Positions 49,936 through 61,232 of a stretch of DNA of 64,000 nucleotides are shown in pieces. This DNA is from Candidatus Bathyarchaeota archaeon. Its GTDB lineage: Archaea > Thermoproteota > Bathyarchaeia > Bathyarchaeales > Bathycorpusculaceae. The notes beneath the pieces were generated by a model. It had not been told where the DNA came from, did not search any database, and saw only the letters and a program-made list of their open reading frames with translations. Both the position numbers and the translations under genes were made by a program. The first letter of the stretch is position 1, and every line of letters begins with the position of its first letter. Location of the stretch: positions 352,001-416,000 of the forward strand of contig CAWDYC010000004.1 in NCBI GenBank assembly GCA_963806535.1. Reading direction: 5' to 3'.

Positions 49936-52626
49936 ATGATAAACAAAATAAATACAAAATACAAAATTTTAGCCATTGTTATCATTGCATTCTTTGTTTG
50001 CAGCGCTTGCGCAATCTCACCTATCAAAGCAACTGAATTCAAGAATGTTCCTACATACTCATATTTGCTTGCGGTTCCAAACTCTGTAGCTTTAGGTCAA
50101 TCGATGTTCCTCACTGCTTGGGTTGACAAAGTTCCACCGAATGCTGCAGTAACAAGTGGTGATCGATGGGTAAACATGACAATATACGTTACATACCCTG
50201 ACGGAAGTGTTCATACAATTGGGCCTCTTGTTTCTGATAGCGCTGGAGGTGCCTCTACAACGTTTACTCCTGCTGTGCAGGGAAATTACTCTGCGTACTT
50301 TGTTTTCCCCGGCGAGACACTCACAGGTAACCAAGGGCATCCAGATTGGCCTGTAAACCCGGCCGACACAGCAATCGGAGATTACTACGGGTCGTCCACA
50401 AGTCCAACAATCTACTTCAGCGTGGGAACAACCCCGGCATCCACGATCCCCGAAAACCCTCTTCCAACAAGTTATTGGGCGAATCCAGTAGAAGCATTTA
50501 ATCACGATTGGTACACAATTGACGGAAACTGGCTAGGCTTGGCAGACGTAAATTTCGCAAATTCCGGATGTTACTCTGTGACAGGCAACTTTAATCCATA
50601 CTCACAAGCGCCAACAACTGCACACATTGCATGGACTCGTCCAGAAATGCCCGGCGCTGCCGGTGGTCAAATGGGTGGAGAATTTGGTCCAAGCGAATCA
50701 GGCAACTACTTCGCAGGATACGAATACCAACCAAAGTTTGCGCCAATTATTTTGAACGGAGTGCTTTACTACCAATATATGCCAGGCGGAGTGCGCAATA
50801 CAATTGGAAGTGCAGGACAAGGCTGGGTTGCGGTAGATCTACATACGGGAGAAACATTGTGGACTAAGAATTACCTCAACTATTTTGGGGATGGCCAAAA
50901 TGACCTTCTTCGGTGTGGTGAAATATTGGATTATAACCATAACGTGAACTACTACGGAGGAAATACTTATCTATGGGCAACAAGAACGAACGCTAGCGCT
51001 AACTATTACGATTTGTTTGATGCAGCAACAGGAAACTACATGACGAGCGTTTCTGGGGCACCTGCCAAGGGGAATGGTCTTACTGTTGTTGAAGGTACAT
51101 ACGGTGAATTGCTGTGTTATTACATCAACGTAACCACGATCAGCGGAACTCAGTATCAGTCACTAACACTTTGGAACTCAACCAAATGCCTGAATCCTAG
51201 CGCGATGGTTCCGGATCCGATGCAAAACCAAGTGGTTCCGTGGTCTCAAGGAATAATGTGGTCAGTGCCGTTAAACAATAGTTTTAACGGAGTACCTTTT
51301 GGAAATGACATGTCAAATGGTGTTGCAACACCTGCAGGCTTTGGACTTGGAACGGAAGGACCATATACCTACACATTTGATCTTGAAAACAACATCGTGG
51401 TAATGTCAGCTGCACAAGGAGAATATACAAGGTGGGAGTGGCAAACCGGATGGACGATTGACGCTGCCTATAGCTTAACTGATGGGCATCAATTATGGAT
51501 AACAAATCGTACACAAACGCCATTCACGATATTGATGTGGTGTTCTGGTGCAACTGATGGAGTCTATGCGGTGTTTAACAAAGAGACGCTTAATTGGTGT
51601 GGTTACAGTACGCTGACAGGGAAACAGGTATGGGGACCGACTACGCCCTACAACAATACACTTGCGTATTATGATGATGAGAGTGCTTTTTGTGCATATG
51701 GCAACCTATATGGATGGACGTTTGGTGGAGAAATCTACTGCTATAACATGACGACGGGGGCTCTCCAGTGGAGCTGGAACGATGGAAACGCAGGGTTAAA
51801 TACGCCTTATGGTGTCAACACTCTCTGGATGCAAGGCACATATGATGCCACTATCGCTGACCATATTCTATATGTGCAATCAGGTCACAACTACGGTCCG
51901 CCAATGTATAGTGGCGCTCAACTTTATGCTATAAATACAACAGACGGTAGCCTTGTTTGGAGCATGTTGAACTATGCTACTGGCGGTAGCATGCCAATCT
52001 CGGATGGTTATTTGACAACCATCAATGCTTACGACAACCAAATATATGCTTATGCGCAGGGACCAACTAAAACAACAGTTAGCGCGCCTCAAACCGGAGT
52101 GACAACATCTACACCAGTAACTATAGCAGGTACAATTACTGACATCTCTCCAGGAGCATCTCAAACAGCAGTTGCAGCGAACTTCCCCAATGGCTTACCA
52201 TGCGTATCTGATGCTAGCATGTCTCATTTCATGGAAGCAGTTTACGAGCAAAGTCCAATGCCGACTAACGTCACTGGAGTTCCTATCACCATAAGCGTTG
52301 TTGACTCAAACAATAACTTTAGGCAAATCGGCACAACTACTAGCACTCCAAGCGGAACATTTGACTATACTTGGACACCCGACATCTCAGGTCACTTCAC
52401 AATCTACGCAAGCTTTGCAGGTTCGAATGCTTACTATGGATCATCGGCTCAAACAGCGTTTTACGCAAGTGAAGCAGCAGCACCTTCGGCAACCCAGCAG
52501 GTTCAAAGTGGTTTAGCGACAACCAACGATCTAATGACGTACATGGCTATCGGTGTAATAGCAATAATCATTGCCATAGCTCTAATCGGTGCTCTATTGC
52601 TGATAAACCTCAGAAAACGACCATAA
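49936..52626 (+). CDS. Secreted PQQ-like beta-propeller protein with a C-terminal TM anchor
   Basis: Signal peptide; AVDLHTGETLW, YSLTDGHQLW, YNMTTGALQW, AINTTDGSLVW repeats; Ig-like tail; TM plus RKR. Confidence 0.85.
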   Translation: MINKINTKYKILAIVIIAFFVCSACAISPIKATEFKNVPTYSYLLAVPNSVALGQSMFLTAWVDKVPPNAAVTSGDRWVNMTIYVTYPDGSVHTIGPLVSDSAGGASTTFTPAVQGNYSAYFVFPGETLTGNQGHPDWPVNPADTAIGDYYGSSTSPTIYFSVGTTPASTIPENPLPTSYWANPVEAFNHDWYTIDGNWLGLADVNFANSGCYSVTGNFNPYSQAPTTAHIAWTRPEMPGAAGGQMGGEFGPSESGNYFAGYEYQPKFAPIILNGVLYYQYMPGGVRNTIGSAGQGWVAVDLHTGETLWTKNYLNYFGDGQNDLLRCGEILDYNHNVNYYGGNTYLWATRTNASANYYDLFDAATGNYMTSVSGAPAKGNGLTVVEGTYGELLCYYINVTTISGTQYQSLTLWNSTKCLNPSAMVPDPMQNQVVPWSQGIMWSVPLNNSFNGVPFGNDMSNGVATPAGFGLGTEGPYTYTFDLENNIVVMSAAQGEYTRWEWQTGWTIDAAYSLTDGHQLWITNRTQTPFTILMWCSGATDGVYAVFNKETLNWCGYSTLTGKQVWGPTTPYNNTLAYYDDESAFCAYGNLYGWTFGGEIYCYNMTTGALQWSWNDGNAGLNTPYGVNTLWMQGTYDATIADHILYVQSGHNYGPPMYSGAQLYAINTTDGSLVWSMLNYATGGSMPISDGYLTTINAYDNQIYAYAQGPTKTTVSAPQTGVTTSTPVTIAGTITDISPGASQTAVAANFPNGLPCVSDASMSHFMEAVYEQSPMPTNVTGVPITISVVDSNNNFRQIGTTTSTPSGTFDYTWTPDISGHFTIYASFAGSNAYYGSSAQTAFYASEAAAPSATQQVQSGLATTNDLMTYMAIGVIAIIIAIALIGALLLINLRKRP

Positions 52627-53009
52627 ACTAAAACCCAAAACAAACTTTCCCCTTCCTTTTTTATGGAATAACTTGTACTGGCAAAAAAATGGGCTGAGAA
52701 GGCTTTGGATAACAATTACATAGTCGCGGTTAAGAATGGTTTAGTTTGAGTTTTCATTTTCCATTCTTTTCTCCTTCAATTTCCAAAGCCTCAGCAAACC
52801 TAAATTGACAAAGAAAAATGAATGACATTTTGTCGAAGACAAGTTTTATTTTCTAAATGCTACACGTAGCAATCATTGTCTTTTTTTGTGTTGTCTTAGG
52901 TATATGCAGTTGCCTTAGCCGAAAAAGTATTGCGGTTTTAATGTTATGCCACGTTTTGAAAATTCATCTGCTAATTATGAACCAGCCAAAAGAATATTGT
53001 GAAAAATTT

Positions 53010-53450
53010 TTAGTGGAATTTCCGCGATTTACTTTCGGAACAGTGAGGATTAAAGCAGTTAAGACATCCTTTAGGGAAGGTTTGGCAGAGTTGTTTTTTC
53101 TTGAACCCCCATTTCTTTCTTAGTTCGTCGGCTTCTGCTTCTTGATCGTCTAATTTGTTTTTTGTTTTAGTATAGTTAAGGTAGGCATGGGCTATTTCGT
53201 GAGCTATTAGAGATTCTGAGTCGGTTCTTTTTAGAATTATCATGTAGGGCTTGTTTATTTCTTCTACTTGTATGGTTTGACTTTGGCCTGCATGGAAAGA
53301 GATGTTTTGTAATGTGAATTGATAAACTTCTTCAGGCAGCCTCGCCAAAGTATTTAGTAATCTTTTGTGGAGCGTGTTCCATCTTTGAGCAAGATGAATA
53401 AATTCGTCAATATCACTTTTGAAATCTACTTCTGATTTGTCTCTTCTCAT
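53010..53450 (-). CDS. Small HExxH zincin-like protein with a C-terminal Cys cluster
   Basis: LIAHEIAHAYL..QEAEADEL; CQTFPKGCLNCFNPHC. Confidence 0.65.
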   Translation of the reverse strand: MRRDKSEVDFKSDIDEFIHLAQRWNTLHKRLLNTLARLPEEVYQFTLQNISFHAGQSQTIQVEEINKPYMIILKRTDSESLIAHEIAHAYLNYTKTKNKLDDQEAEADELRKKWGFKKKQLCQTFPKGCLNCFNPHCSESKSRKFH

Positions 53451-53644
53451 CTTTTTTTCTCCTCGGTATTGTTCTGCGTTAAATGTAACTTGCTTAGACG
53501 TTCTAAAGTAGCTGCCATCCCTATATACTCCACAAGTCTATAGTATAGATTTGTCGGGATTTTTCACAAGAAGAATACAAACCTATTCCAAGCTACTTTG
53601 CTTTCTCAAGACAGTTCAGGCAAAAAATATGGAAGAAAATAACT

Positions 53645-54287
53645 TTGAGACATAAAAAACCAATCATAATCGAGCATCTCGCCTATCTTTCGGTGAAGCA
53701 CCACGTTTACCTTTCAGAGCTCTACCGAGGCTTTAGTTTCGGCAAGAGAAAGTGGAAAATCTACCTGTGAGACCTTAACAATCAAGTACCGCGGCATCAA
53801 AAACGATCAAGCTATCTTTCTAATCACAAAAGGCAGTATCGTCGTAGCGCAGTTCCGAGTTGCGGAAGAATTTCTGTTTAGAAAGAACATAAGTTTTGAG
53901 AGCTGGCTGGATACTGACAAAATACGCAGACAAATAACTAAACAAAACCTCAGACTTGATTCAACGTTAATTCAAAACTTGCGATACGGAATGAAGAAGG
54001 TTGATCTAAGGGCAGAAGTTTTGGAGATCGAAAAACCCCAACTAATCCACACGCAGTATGGAAACAGCGTCATGCTAACCAACGTCTGGATAGGTGATGA
54101 AACTGGAAAAGCCAAGCTTTGCCTCTGGGGTGAACAGGCAGACTTACCCGTCGTAGGTGACATAGTGCAAATCAAGCATGCGTCAGTACGAACTTTCAAG
54201 GGAGAAAAACTACTAAGTTTGGGAAAATTCGGATCACTTAGCATTCTACGCTCGTTAATTGTTGATAATGGTAACGTGACCGCATAA
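53645..54287 (+). CDS. OB-fold ssDNA-binding protein, paralog of 11830-12465 (frameshift near 53725)
   Basis: MRHKK..EHLAYLSVKHHVY..VAQFRVAEEFLFRK..FESWLDTDKI..GMKKVDLRAEVLEI..DETGKAKLCLWG. Confidence 0.85.
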
Positions 54288-54507
54288 AAGCGTTCCAATC
54301 TCTTTTAAAATTAGCCTTTTTTCGGATTAGCCTTTATTTATTAATTAACTATGATCAATCCTAAAAGGCAAGCATCCTTCCCTAAAAAAATTGAGTAAAG
54401 CCTATTCATCACTACCAAGATTTTCCCCTAATAAGTCTTTTTTAGCGATCAGACGCCCATAAAAATCAGCAAAAACATAAAAACTTCTGCAGCCTAACCA
54501 TCTAGTT

Positions 54508-54867
54508 ATGGTAAAGCTTAATAAAAAAACTGTGGATGAAATCTTAAGCAACCTTGAACCAGGAAGGAAAGAAATAACTGAGAAGCTTCGTTCCATCGTC
54601 AAGAACACAATTCCAGAAGCAACTGAGATAGTTAGACGTGGAAGAATCACATATGTTTTGAATGGAAAAGACTTCTTGTCAATAAGAACTACCCAGTCTC
54701 ACGTCGACATGCTCTTTGTATGTGGAACAACATGTAACTCGCGCCTTTTGACGGGAAGAGGTTCAGAAAGCGAACAGAGTCATGTTAAAATTAAAAACAT
54801 GAGCGATTTTGATGAATCAGAACTCATTAGACTACTCAAAGAAGCGGAAAGAATAGCAAAGCGATAG
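54508..54867 (+). CDS. DUF1801/YdhG-like protein
   Basis: TVDEIL..LRSIVKNTIPEATE..Y..HVDMLF..G..LLTG.G..HVKI. Confidence 0.75.
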   Translation: MVKLNKKTVDEILSNLEPGRKEITEKLRSIVKNTIPEATEIVRRGRITYVLNGKDFLSIRTTQSHVDMLFVCGTTCNSRLLTGRGSESEQSHVKIKNMSDFDESELIRLLKEAERIAKR

Positions 54868-55302
54868 TCAGGTTTCATGGTTGTTTGGAAAGATATAACT
54901 CGTCATGTGACAGCTCTCTTTTTTCTTTTTTGGAGGTTTTATCAGTGGGTAAACTGCCTAAATTTCAGAAAAAACTGCCTTTAGAGCGCCCAATGTGCCG
55001 CTGAAAACTGGTTTTTACGGAGTAATGAAAGAAATTATTGTGCGCTGAAGCTCTGGAAGGAAATTATAGGCGAAGGAAGAAAAAATGAAAACTAAACCGC
55101 GATTACAAATATGTCCAGAGCCTTTTCAGCCATTTTTTTCAAATTTTACCTTAAAACTTTTTTCTAATTTCATAATACTTAAGCTGTGTTATTTTTAAAT
55201 ATTTATTAACTATCAGCAAAATTTTTAAAAATTAATAGAAATAGAATGCAACTGGATTTGTTTTCTTGGCTCATCGTGTTTCGACTCAAGCAGAATGGGG
55301 TT

Positions 55303-55539
55303 CTACGAATTTTTTTCTTTATGAGACGTTCGGTTCATTCTCGACACAAAAATCATTAGCGATATGAAAACAGCGGCCATTATAAAACCTGCAATGCTCC
55401 TTTCTAAGGGACTTTGGGCTTTGTAAAACCAAATCGCAAAAAGAAATTCCGCTACCAATAACATAACAGCAAGAAGTGAGTAAGGTCCTGATATTTTGGC
55501 AGGATTAATTCTATTTCTTGCATACCTGATTTCTTTCAA
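55303..55539 (-). CDS. Small two-TM protein
   Basis: Two hydrophobic helices; AGGTGAG upstream. Confidence 0.6.
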   Translation of the reverse strand: MKEIRYARNRINPAKISGPYSLLAVMLLVAEFLFAIWFYKAQSPLERSIAGFIMAAVFISLMIFVSRMNRTSHKEKNS

Positions 55540-55848
55540 TCCATCTCACCTTATGAAAAACAGGCAACAAATGTTCTTATTATGTTAACTGAGAGCAAAA
55601 CTGCCTTTTTGATTCGAGGCAAAATTTTTCGGTATGCAAAAACTCCTTGGGTAAAATTTTCACGAAGACCCTATTTATGCAAAATTATGGTCTTCATGGA
55701 ACGGAGGGTGCATTGAAGGGGAATTTTGATATGTTTTAGCGGGGCAATTTTGTGGTGCCGAAACTAATCATCGAGAGCATCTTTCTTATTTTTTCTCGAA
55801 AAAATAGTGGGGTGATTCTATTGCGGCGGGCGGGAGAATCTGCTGAAA

Positions 55849-56058
55849 TCAGGGTTGTTTGTTTTCTGATAATAATATGCTTAGATTTTGATCTTTTCTG
55901 ACAATTTGAATTGATAGTTGCTTGTCTCGGAGAGGTTTTAGAATGTCGTGGTATTCTCTGGGGAAAACAAGCGTTATGCGATCGTACACGTAGATTCTTC
56001 TGCCGTTTTTATACCGTCTTTTTGATTTGTCAAACCGGAGTTTCATGTAAATTTTCAC
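55849..56058 (-). CDS. Small basic, possibly AbrB-like DNA-binding protein
   Basis: K/R-rich, YDRITLVFPREYHDILKPL..LSIQI pattern. Confidence 0.55.
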   Translation of the reverse strand: MKIYMKLRFDKSKRRYKNGRRIYVYDRITLVFPREYHDILKPLRDKQLSIQIVRKDQNLSILLSENKQP

Positions 56059-56367
56059 CGAGCATTAACAGTTAGTTCTTGATCTGTCCGCGGTCATAAC
56101 CCAAAGGACTTGCGTTTATTCTCAAAACCCCTTAAAAGAAAATCGTCAAAACGGCGACTATACACAGTAGAGAGGGTAGAGTGAAAATGAAACGCTACCC
56201 GAAAGCTCATAAACTGTTTCTAAAAGAAGTTTTTTTTGCTATATAAAATTAACAATTCCTTTGTAAATCTAAAATAATAGCTAACTTTTGAAGAGTCTGT
56301 GTAATGATTATAACATAAGTTTAGCAGTACATAATACTTAAAATCCTTGAACTAGAAAATCTAAGCC

Positions 56368-59300
56368 ATGCATAAAGGACGTAATTGCCAGGAAGACAAA
56401 CCTCAAATAATTGAAGCAACTTCAAATTTTTTAGTTGATTCTGCAGGTCTTGGCAAAAAGGATCGTCTGCACATTTTACATGTCGATGATGATCTTTGCT
56501 TTCTGGAAGTTTCAAAACAAATACTTACGACAGAGAATAATTTGGAAATTTATAACGCCACATCTGTCAATGAAGCCTTGAAGAAAATGGAAAAGCAGAC
56601 TTACGATGCGATTGTTTCGGACTATGAAATGCCTCTGAGGACTGGATTAGACTTTTTGAAAGAACTAAGAGACCAGCAGCGTGATATTCCATTTATCTTG
56701 TTTACTGGAAAAGGCAGGGAAGATGTTGCAGTTAAAGCCTTGAATTTGGGTGCTGACCGGTACGTGAACAAAAACGGTTCTCCAGAAACAATCTACTGCG
56801 AATTAGCCGATGCAATAATCAAAACCGTAGAGCGCAAGAAATCAAAACAGTTGCTTGTTTCTTCAGAGTCAAAGTATCGTACGCTGGTGGAGAATTCGCT
56901 TCAAGGTATACTAGTTACGACAGCATCTCCTCTCAGGTGTGTTTTTGCTAATGGTGCCATGGGAAAAATCTTGGGCTATTCTCCTAAAGAGTTAATGTCA
57001 CTTTCGCCCCAAGGAATATCGAGCTTGGTTTACGAGGCGGATAAGGCTGTTTTCTTTGATCGCTTGGAAAAACGTTTTCGGGGTGAACCGGCAGAGTCTT
57101 CTTTGGAGTTTCGTGCAGTGCGCAAGGACGGCTCGATAACTTGGGTAAGTGGCTTCTCGAACCAAGTGGATTATGACGGACAGCCGGCTGTGCAAGGAAT
57201 GTTCTTGGATGTTAATGAAAACAAGAAAACTGGAGAGATTATTCTTGAAAGCGAGAAGAGGTACAGGGAATTGGCAGATTCTTTGCCTAACATTGTTTTT
57301 GAGACTGACATAAATGGGCAAATTGTATTTGCAAATAGAATTGCAGTTGAAATTGGCGGATATTCCCAGAATGAGCTTAAAAAAGGTATACATTTTGTTC
57401 AATTTCTTTCCCACGAAGACAGAGAAATGGCAATAAATAAATTCAAACAATTACTATCGGGAGAGCCCCGCATTAATGTTGAGTTCACGTTTGTTCAAAG
57501 AAATGCCGTTACTTTTCCTGCCCTCATCATTGCAGCGCCTATTACTTGTCAAAGCAAAGTGACTGGGATAAGAGGACTGATTATAGATATTTCTGAGCGA
57601 AAGAAAGCCGAAGAGGCAATTAAACTTTCAGAAGAAAAGTATCGCGGTCTTTTTGAAAATGCATCTGATGTTATCCTAACGGGAGATTTATCTGGAAAAG
57701 TAACCTCGATAAACACCGCTATTAAAAAATATGGTTTTATAAAAGAACAAGTTGTTGGGAGAAATGTGCGTGAGTTTCTCTCAATTAAAGATGTCGCACG
57801 TCAGGACCAAATCTTTCAAAAGGTAAGCTCGGGAAATTCGGTTTCTGGAGAAGTTGAAGCATCATTTGTTCTTGGAAAAAGGATTTTTGAAGTTAAGACT
57901 GACCCGTTAAAGATCGGCGATGAGGTTGTGGGTTTCCAAACGATTCTAAGAGATGCAACTGAACGAAAGGAGGCGGAAGAAAAAATAAGAGAATCGGAAG
58001 AAAAATACAGAGATATTTTCGAGAACGCACGGGACGCTATTTACGTTCATGACCTGAAAGGAAGAATAGTCTCTATAAACAAAGTTGTTGAAGAATACGG
58101 CTTTACACGAGACCAACTTATCGGAAAGAACATGCTAAACTTTGTCCCCAAGAAATACTGGCCAAAACTAATTGCGAATCTTTCTGAGTTAGCTCAAGGA
58201 AAGCAGGTCGAAGGTGAAATCTACGTAAATACCCCTATCGGAAAAAGAATTGCAGAGTACCGAAGCAACCCAGTAATACGAGGCGATAAAGTCATTGGCG
58301 TTCACAGTGTTCTGCGAGATACCACAGAAAGGAAGAAAATTGAAGGTGCTTTGATTGAAAGTCAACAGAAATTCAAAGCATTGTTTTCTGCGAATCCTGA
58401 GGCTGCGGCGTTTCTAGATACCAATTTTCGCGTGGTTGAGGCCAATTCTCGGTTCAGTGTGCTTTTTGGGTATTCCTTTTATGAAATTAAAGGTAAAACT
58501 ATCGATCTCATTGTGCCTGATGAAGCAACAGAAGAGTCCCAAAGCATTCGTCATAAAATCATTCTTGGACCAGTTGAAGTTGTTGCTCTTCGAAAGAAAA
58601 AAGATGGTTCTCAATTCCCGTTATTCCTGTCAGGGGGGCCAGTTGTAGTTGATGGAAAAACAATCGGCTGCATAGTGGTTTATAAAGACATCTCTAGCAT
58701 TGTCACAGCTCAGGAAGAACTGAGTAGCGCGTTAGCGAAGGCTGAGGCGCTCAATGAAAAGTTAAACGTTGTAGGCGGCTTTACTAGGCATGACGTGCGA
58801 AATAAATTGCAAGCGATTAATGGGAACTTATACCTAGCAGAGAAATACGTCGGGGAAAACCCACAGGTGAAAAAGTGTTTAGATCAAATTAAAACAGCCG
58901 TGAGTAACACCGCTCGCTTACTTGACTTTGCAAAGGACTACGAAATGTTAGGAAGCCAAGAGCGGGTAACCCTTGATGTGGGAAAAGCAGTCAATGACGC
59001 TGCATCCTTATTTGCGGATTTGAAAGGCATAGAAATTGTAAATGAATGCGGCGGATACAAGGTATTGGCTGATTCCATGCTTACTACAATTTTCCACAAC
59101 CTGATTGACAACTCGTTGAAGTATGGTCAAAAACTTACGCAAATAAAAATAAGCATTCACCAGAACCAAAAGAAATCAGAAAGCATTGTCTATGAAGATG
59201 ATGGAGTAGGAATTGACGCAGAGAGAAAGAAGCAGCTTTTCACAAGAGGTTTTGGAATGGGAACAGGTTTAGGTTTGTACCTTATCAAGCGAACCTGCGA

Positions 59301-59391
59301 CATTTACGGGTGGACCATACAAGAAGAAGGCAAACCAGGGAAAGGAGCACAATTTGTATTTACATTGCCAACAAAACAAGACGAAGAATGA
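56368..59391 (+). CDS. Hybrid sensor histidine kinase: REC, 5 PAS, HisKA, HATPase
   Basis: LHVDDD/SDYEMP; five PAS starts; TRHDVRNKL; NLIDNSLKYG, YEDDGVGI, GTGLGL. Confidence 0.95.
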   Translation: MHKGRNCQEDKPQIIEATSNFLVDSAGLGKKDRLHILHVDDDLCFLEVSKQILTTENNLEIYNATSVNEALKKMEKQTYDAIVSDYEMPLRTGLDFLKELRDQQRDIPFILFTGKGREDVAVKALNLGADRYVNKNGSPETIYCELADAIIKTVERKKSKQLLVSSESKYRTLVENSLQGILVTTASPLRCVFANGAMGKILGYSPKELMSLSPQGISSLVYEADKAVFFDRLEKRFRGEPAESSLEFRAVRKDGSITWVSGFSNQVDYDGQPAVQGMFLDVNENKKTGEIILESEKRYRELADSLPNIVFETDINGQIVFANRIAVEIGGYSQNELKKGIHFVQFLSHEDREMAINKFKQLLSGEPRINVEFTFVQRNAVTFPALIIAAPITCQSKVTGIRGLIIDISERKKAEEAIKLSEEKYRGLFENASDVILTGDLSGKVTSINTAIKKYGFIKEQVVGRNVREFLSIKDVARQDQIFQKVSSGNSVSGEVEASFVLGKRIFEVKTDPLKIGDEVVGFQTILRDATERKEAEEKIRESEEKYRDIFENARDAIYVHDLKGRIVSINKVVEEYGFTRDQLIGKNMLNFVPKKYWPKLIANLSELAQGKQVEGEIYVNTPIGKRIAEYRSNPVIRGDKVIGVHSVLRDTTERKKIEGALIESQQKFKALFSANPEAAAFLDTNFRVVEANSRFSVLFGYSFYEIKGKTIDLIVPDEATEESQSIRHKIILGPVEVVALRKKKDGSQFPLFLSGGPVVVDGKTIGCIVVYKDISSIVTAQEELSSALAKAEALNEKLNVVGGFTRHDVRNKLQAINGNLYLAEKYVGENPQVKKCLDQIKTAVSNTARLLDFAKDYEMLGSQERVTLDVGKAVNDAASLFADLKGIEIVNECGGYKVLADSMLTTIFHNLIDNSLKYGQKLTQIKISIHQNQKKSESIVYEDDGVGIDAERKKQLFTRGFGMGTGLGLYLIKRTCDIYGWTIQEEGKPGKGAQFVFTLPTKQDEE

Positions 59392-59420
59392 GGAGTAATT
59401 GCTCGAAAGATGGTTTCAGT

Positions 59421-60593
59421 CTAGTGTTTCGCGTAGTAGTCTGCTACAGCCCAGAAAGATTCCTTTGGCTCCCATGTCATGTCGGAATATGTTTCTCCGT
59501 GCTCACCGAGCTTACCCGTAAATTTGGCTAACGTTTCGGGAGCTAGATTTACACCCACGAATTCCTTTCCCTGTCTTGCGCTCTGAGATATTATCTTTTC
59601 AAACGTGTCCTTCTCCGGGTAGCTTTTTACCAAGCCATAGCTGCCCATGTCCATGTCGAATCTGGGGTCTTCGTTATAGGTTGAAGTTGGAGAGACAAAT
59701 GTGAAAACGAAAGCACCCTCAACGCCTGCAGTATCCAGTATAGTGAGTTGTTCAATAATTTCCCGTGCCTGCAAACTCTCGTCTCGAACATAATGACCAT
59801 TAACCTTCGGGATAATCTTAACCATGTCACTAAGTGCCTTGGGCAGATCTACGCTTGAGCCGAGATAATCAGCCATCATACCAAACACAATAATGAAACC
59901 GTTCCCACCAAGCTTCTCTGCTCCTTGATAGGTGCAACAACCGAATTCCCCAATCATGACAGGTTTGTTGTACACATGGTATTTGCTGACCAATTTATCG
60001 TACAAATCTTTGATTCGAGCATCTCGATAGAGGTCAACGCCAACAAAGTCAAAAGGTGTCCAGTTGACCGTTTCAAGCGGAACTGAAAAGTATGTAAGTG
60101 GACCATGAAATACCTCTCTGACTGCTTTGTTTGCTTTTGTTAGGAATGCGTTAAGTGGCTCGTTGTGCTTGCCAGATTTGATGGTTTCCCAGAACGCGGG
60201 ATTGTTCATCCGCTCAAAGAAATTAGCGCCTTCAACTATATCCTGCATAAATAGCGTTAACTCTGAACCAAGGCTGAACACAAGCTTTCCAGGCCATCGC
60301 TGTCTCAAGCTTTCTGCAGCTATAGCGGCTTTTGTGATATATTGAAGCGTTTCTTCTTGGCTTCTGTCCCACATCTCTGGTGAGAACCACACTTCCAATC
60401 CCTGAGTAAGTGCGTCTTGGCTAGCAATTATTAGCCTTTCAATGTCGAGACCGCAAATTCTCACGGCATTACAATGTAAGTCATTTCTGATTATTTCAAG
60501 TTCTCGATGCACAACTTTGGGATCGAATTTAGGTCGCCATTCACTTCCCATCATCACGCGCCCAACATCGTAACAAACGCCTTTTAGATTCAT
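59421..60593 (-). CDS. TIM-barrel glycoside-hydrolase-like protein (family often annotated abortive infection protein)
   Basis: KGVCYDVG, RELEIIRNDLHCNAVRICG, GSELTLF, VGVDLYRD, IGEFGCCTYQGA. Confidence 0.7.
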   Translation of the reverse strand: MNLKGVCYDVGRVMMGSEWRPKFDPKVVHRELEIIRNDLHCNAVRICGLDIERLIIASQDALTQGLEVWFSPEMWDRSQEETLQYITKAAIAAESLRQRWPGKLVFSLGSELTLFMQDIVEGANFFERMNNPAFWETIKSGKHNEPLNAFLTKANKAVREVFHGPLTYFSVPLETVNWTPFDFVGVDLYRDARIKDLYDKLVSKYHVYNKPVMIGEFGCCTYQGAEKLGGNGFIIVFGMMADYLGSSVDLPKALSDMVKIIPKVNGHYVRDESLQAREIIEQLTILDTAGVEGAFVFTFVSPTSTYNEDPRFDMDMGSYGLVKSYPEKDTFEKIISQSARQGKEFVGVNLAPETLAKFTGKLGEHGETYSDMTWEPKESFWAVADYYAKH

Positions 60594-61211
60594 TTAACTC
60601 ACTCCCTGGGTGTCTGGTTTGAGCATCCGCAGGATAATTTTTGTATCAGGAAAATGCTTTTTGTAATCTGCTGGGTCAAGCATAGATGCTCTTTTCATCA
60701 AGCCATCAAAACAGGCTAAGAGAGCAACCATCAACTGGTCAGGGTCATCCTTTGCAATCTCACCAGTAGCCTGCCCTTCAACGATTAGCTTCCGAATAAT
60801 ATCTTGAATAACCTTACCATTTCTCAGAACAAACTGCTTAAGATCATGCGGCGTTGAGTCGTCGGTCAAAACCTGATGCATTAACTGTGAATATCCAGGG
60901 TTTTCGCGTCTGTCTTCTAAAATGTATGAAATTAAAAGCGTTAGACGCATTCCGGGTGTACCTTGGATTTGCTCTATGCGAGCTGCTGGTCCGCTCCCTG
61001 ACTCTGTTACCTGTTTTATCAGGATAGAAAAGATTTCCTCTTTACTGGCGAAATAGTGGTATGCTAATCCTTGGCTAATTCCTGCCTCGGCTGCTATTTC
61101 AGCCATTGTCGCAGCTCGACCTTTTGTTGCAAAGACCGTTCTGGCCGCCTCTAAGATTTTCTTGGTTGTTTCTTTTCTAATTTGTTCGTTCTTTTGTTCG
61201 CTTTTTGGCAT
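60594..61211 (-). CDS. TetR/AcrR family transcriptional regulator
   Basis: KILEAARTVFATKG..ATMAEIAAEAGISQGLAYHYFASKEEI. Confidence 0.93.
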   Translation of the reverse strand: MPKSEQKNEQIRKETTKKILEAARTVFATKGRAATMAEIAAEAGISQGLAYHYFASKEEIFSILIKQVTESGSGPAARIEQIQGTPGMRLTLLISYILEDRRENPGYSQLMHQVLTDDSTPHDLKQFVLRNGKVIQDIIRKLIVEGQATGEIAKDDPDQLMVALLACFDGLMKRASMLDPADYKKHFPDTKIILRMLKPDTQGVS

Positions 61212-61232
61212 TTCAAAGTGCCCCTTTTGTAT

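Noticed and set aside
54950-55750. Scattered AAACTGCCT / GGCAAAA motifs around a small membrane gene, considered as transposon ends
   Set aside because: Short, irregularly spaced, no clear terminal inverted repeat or target duplication
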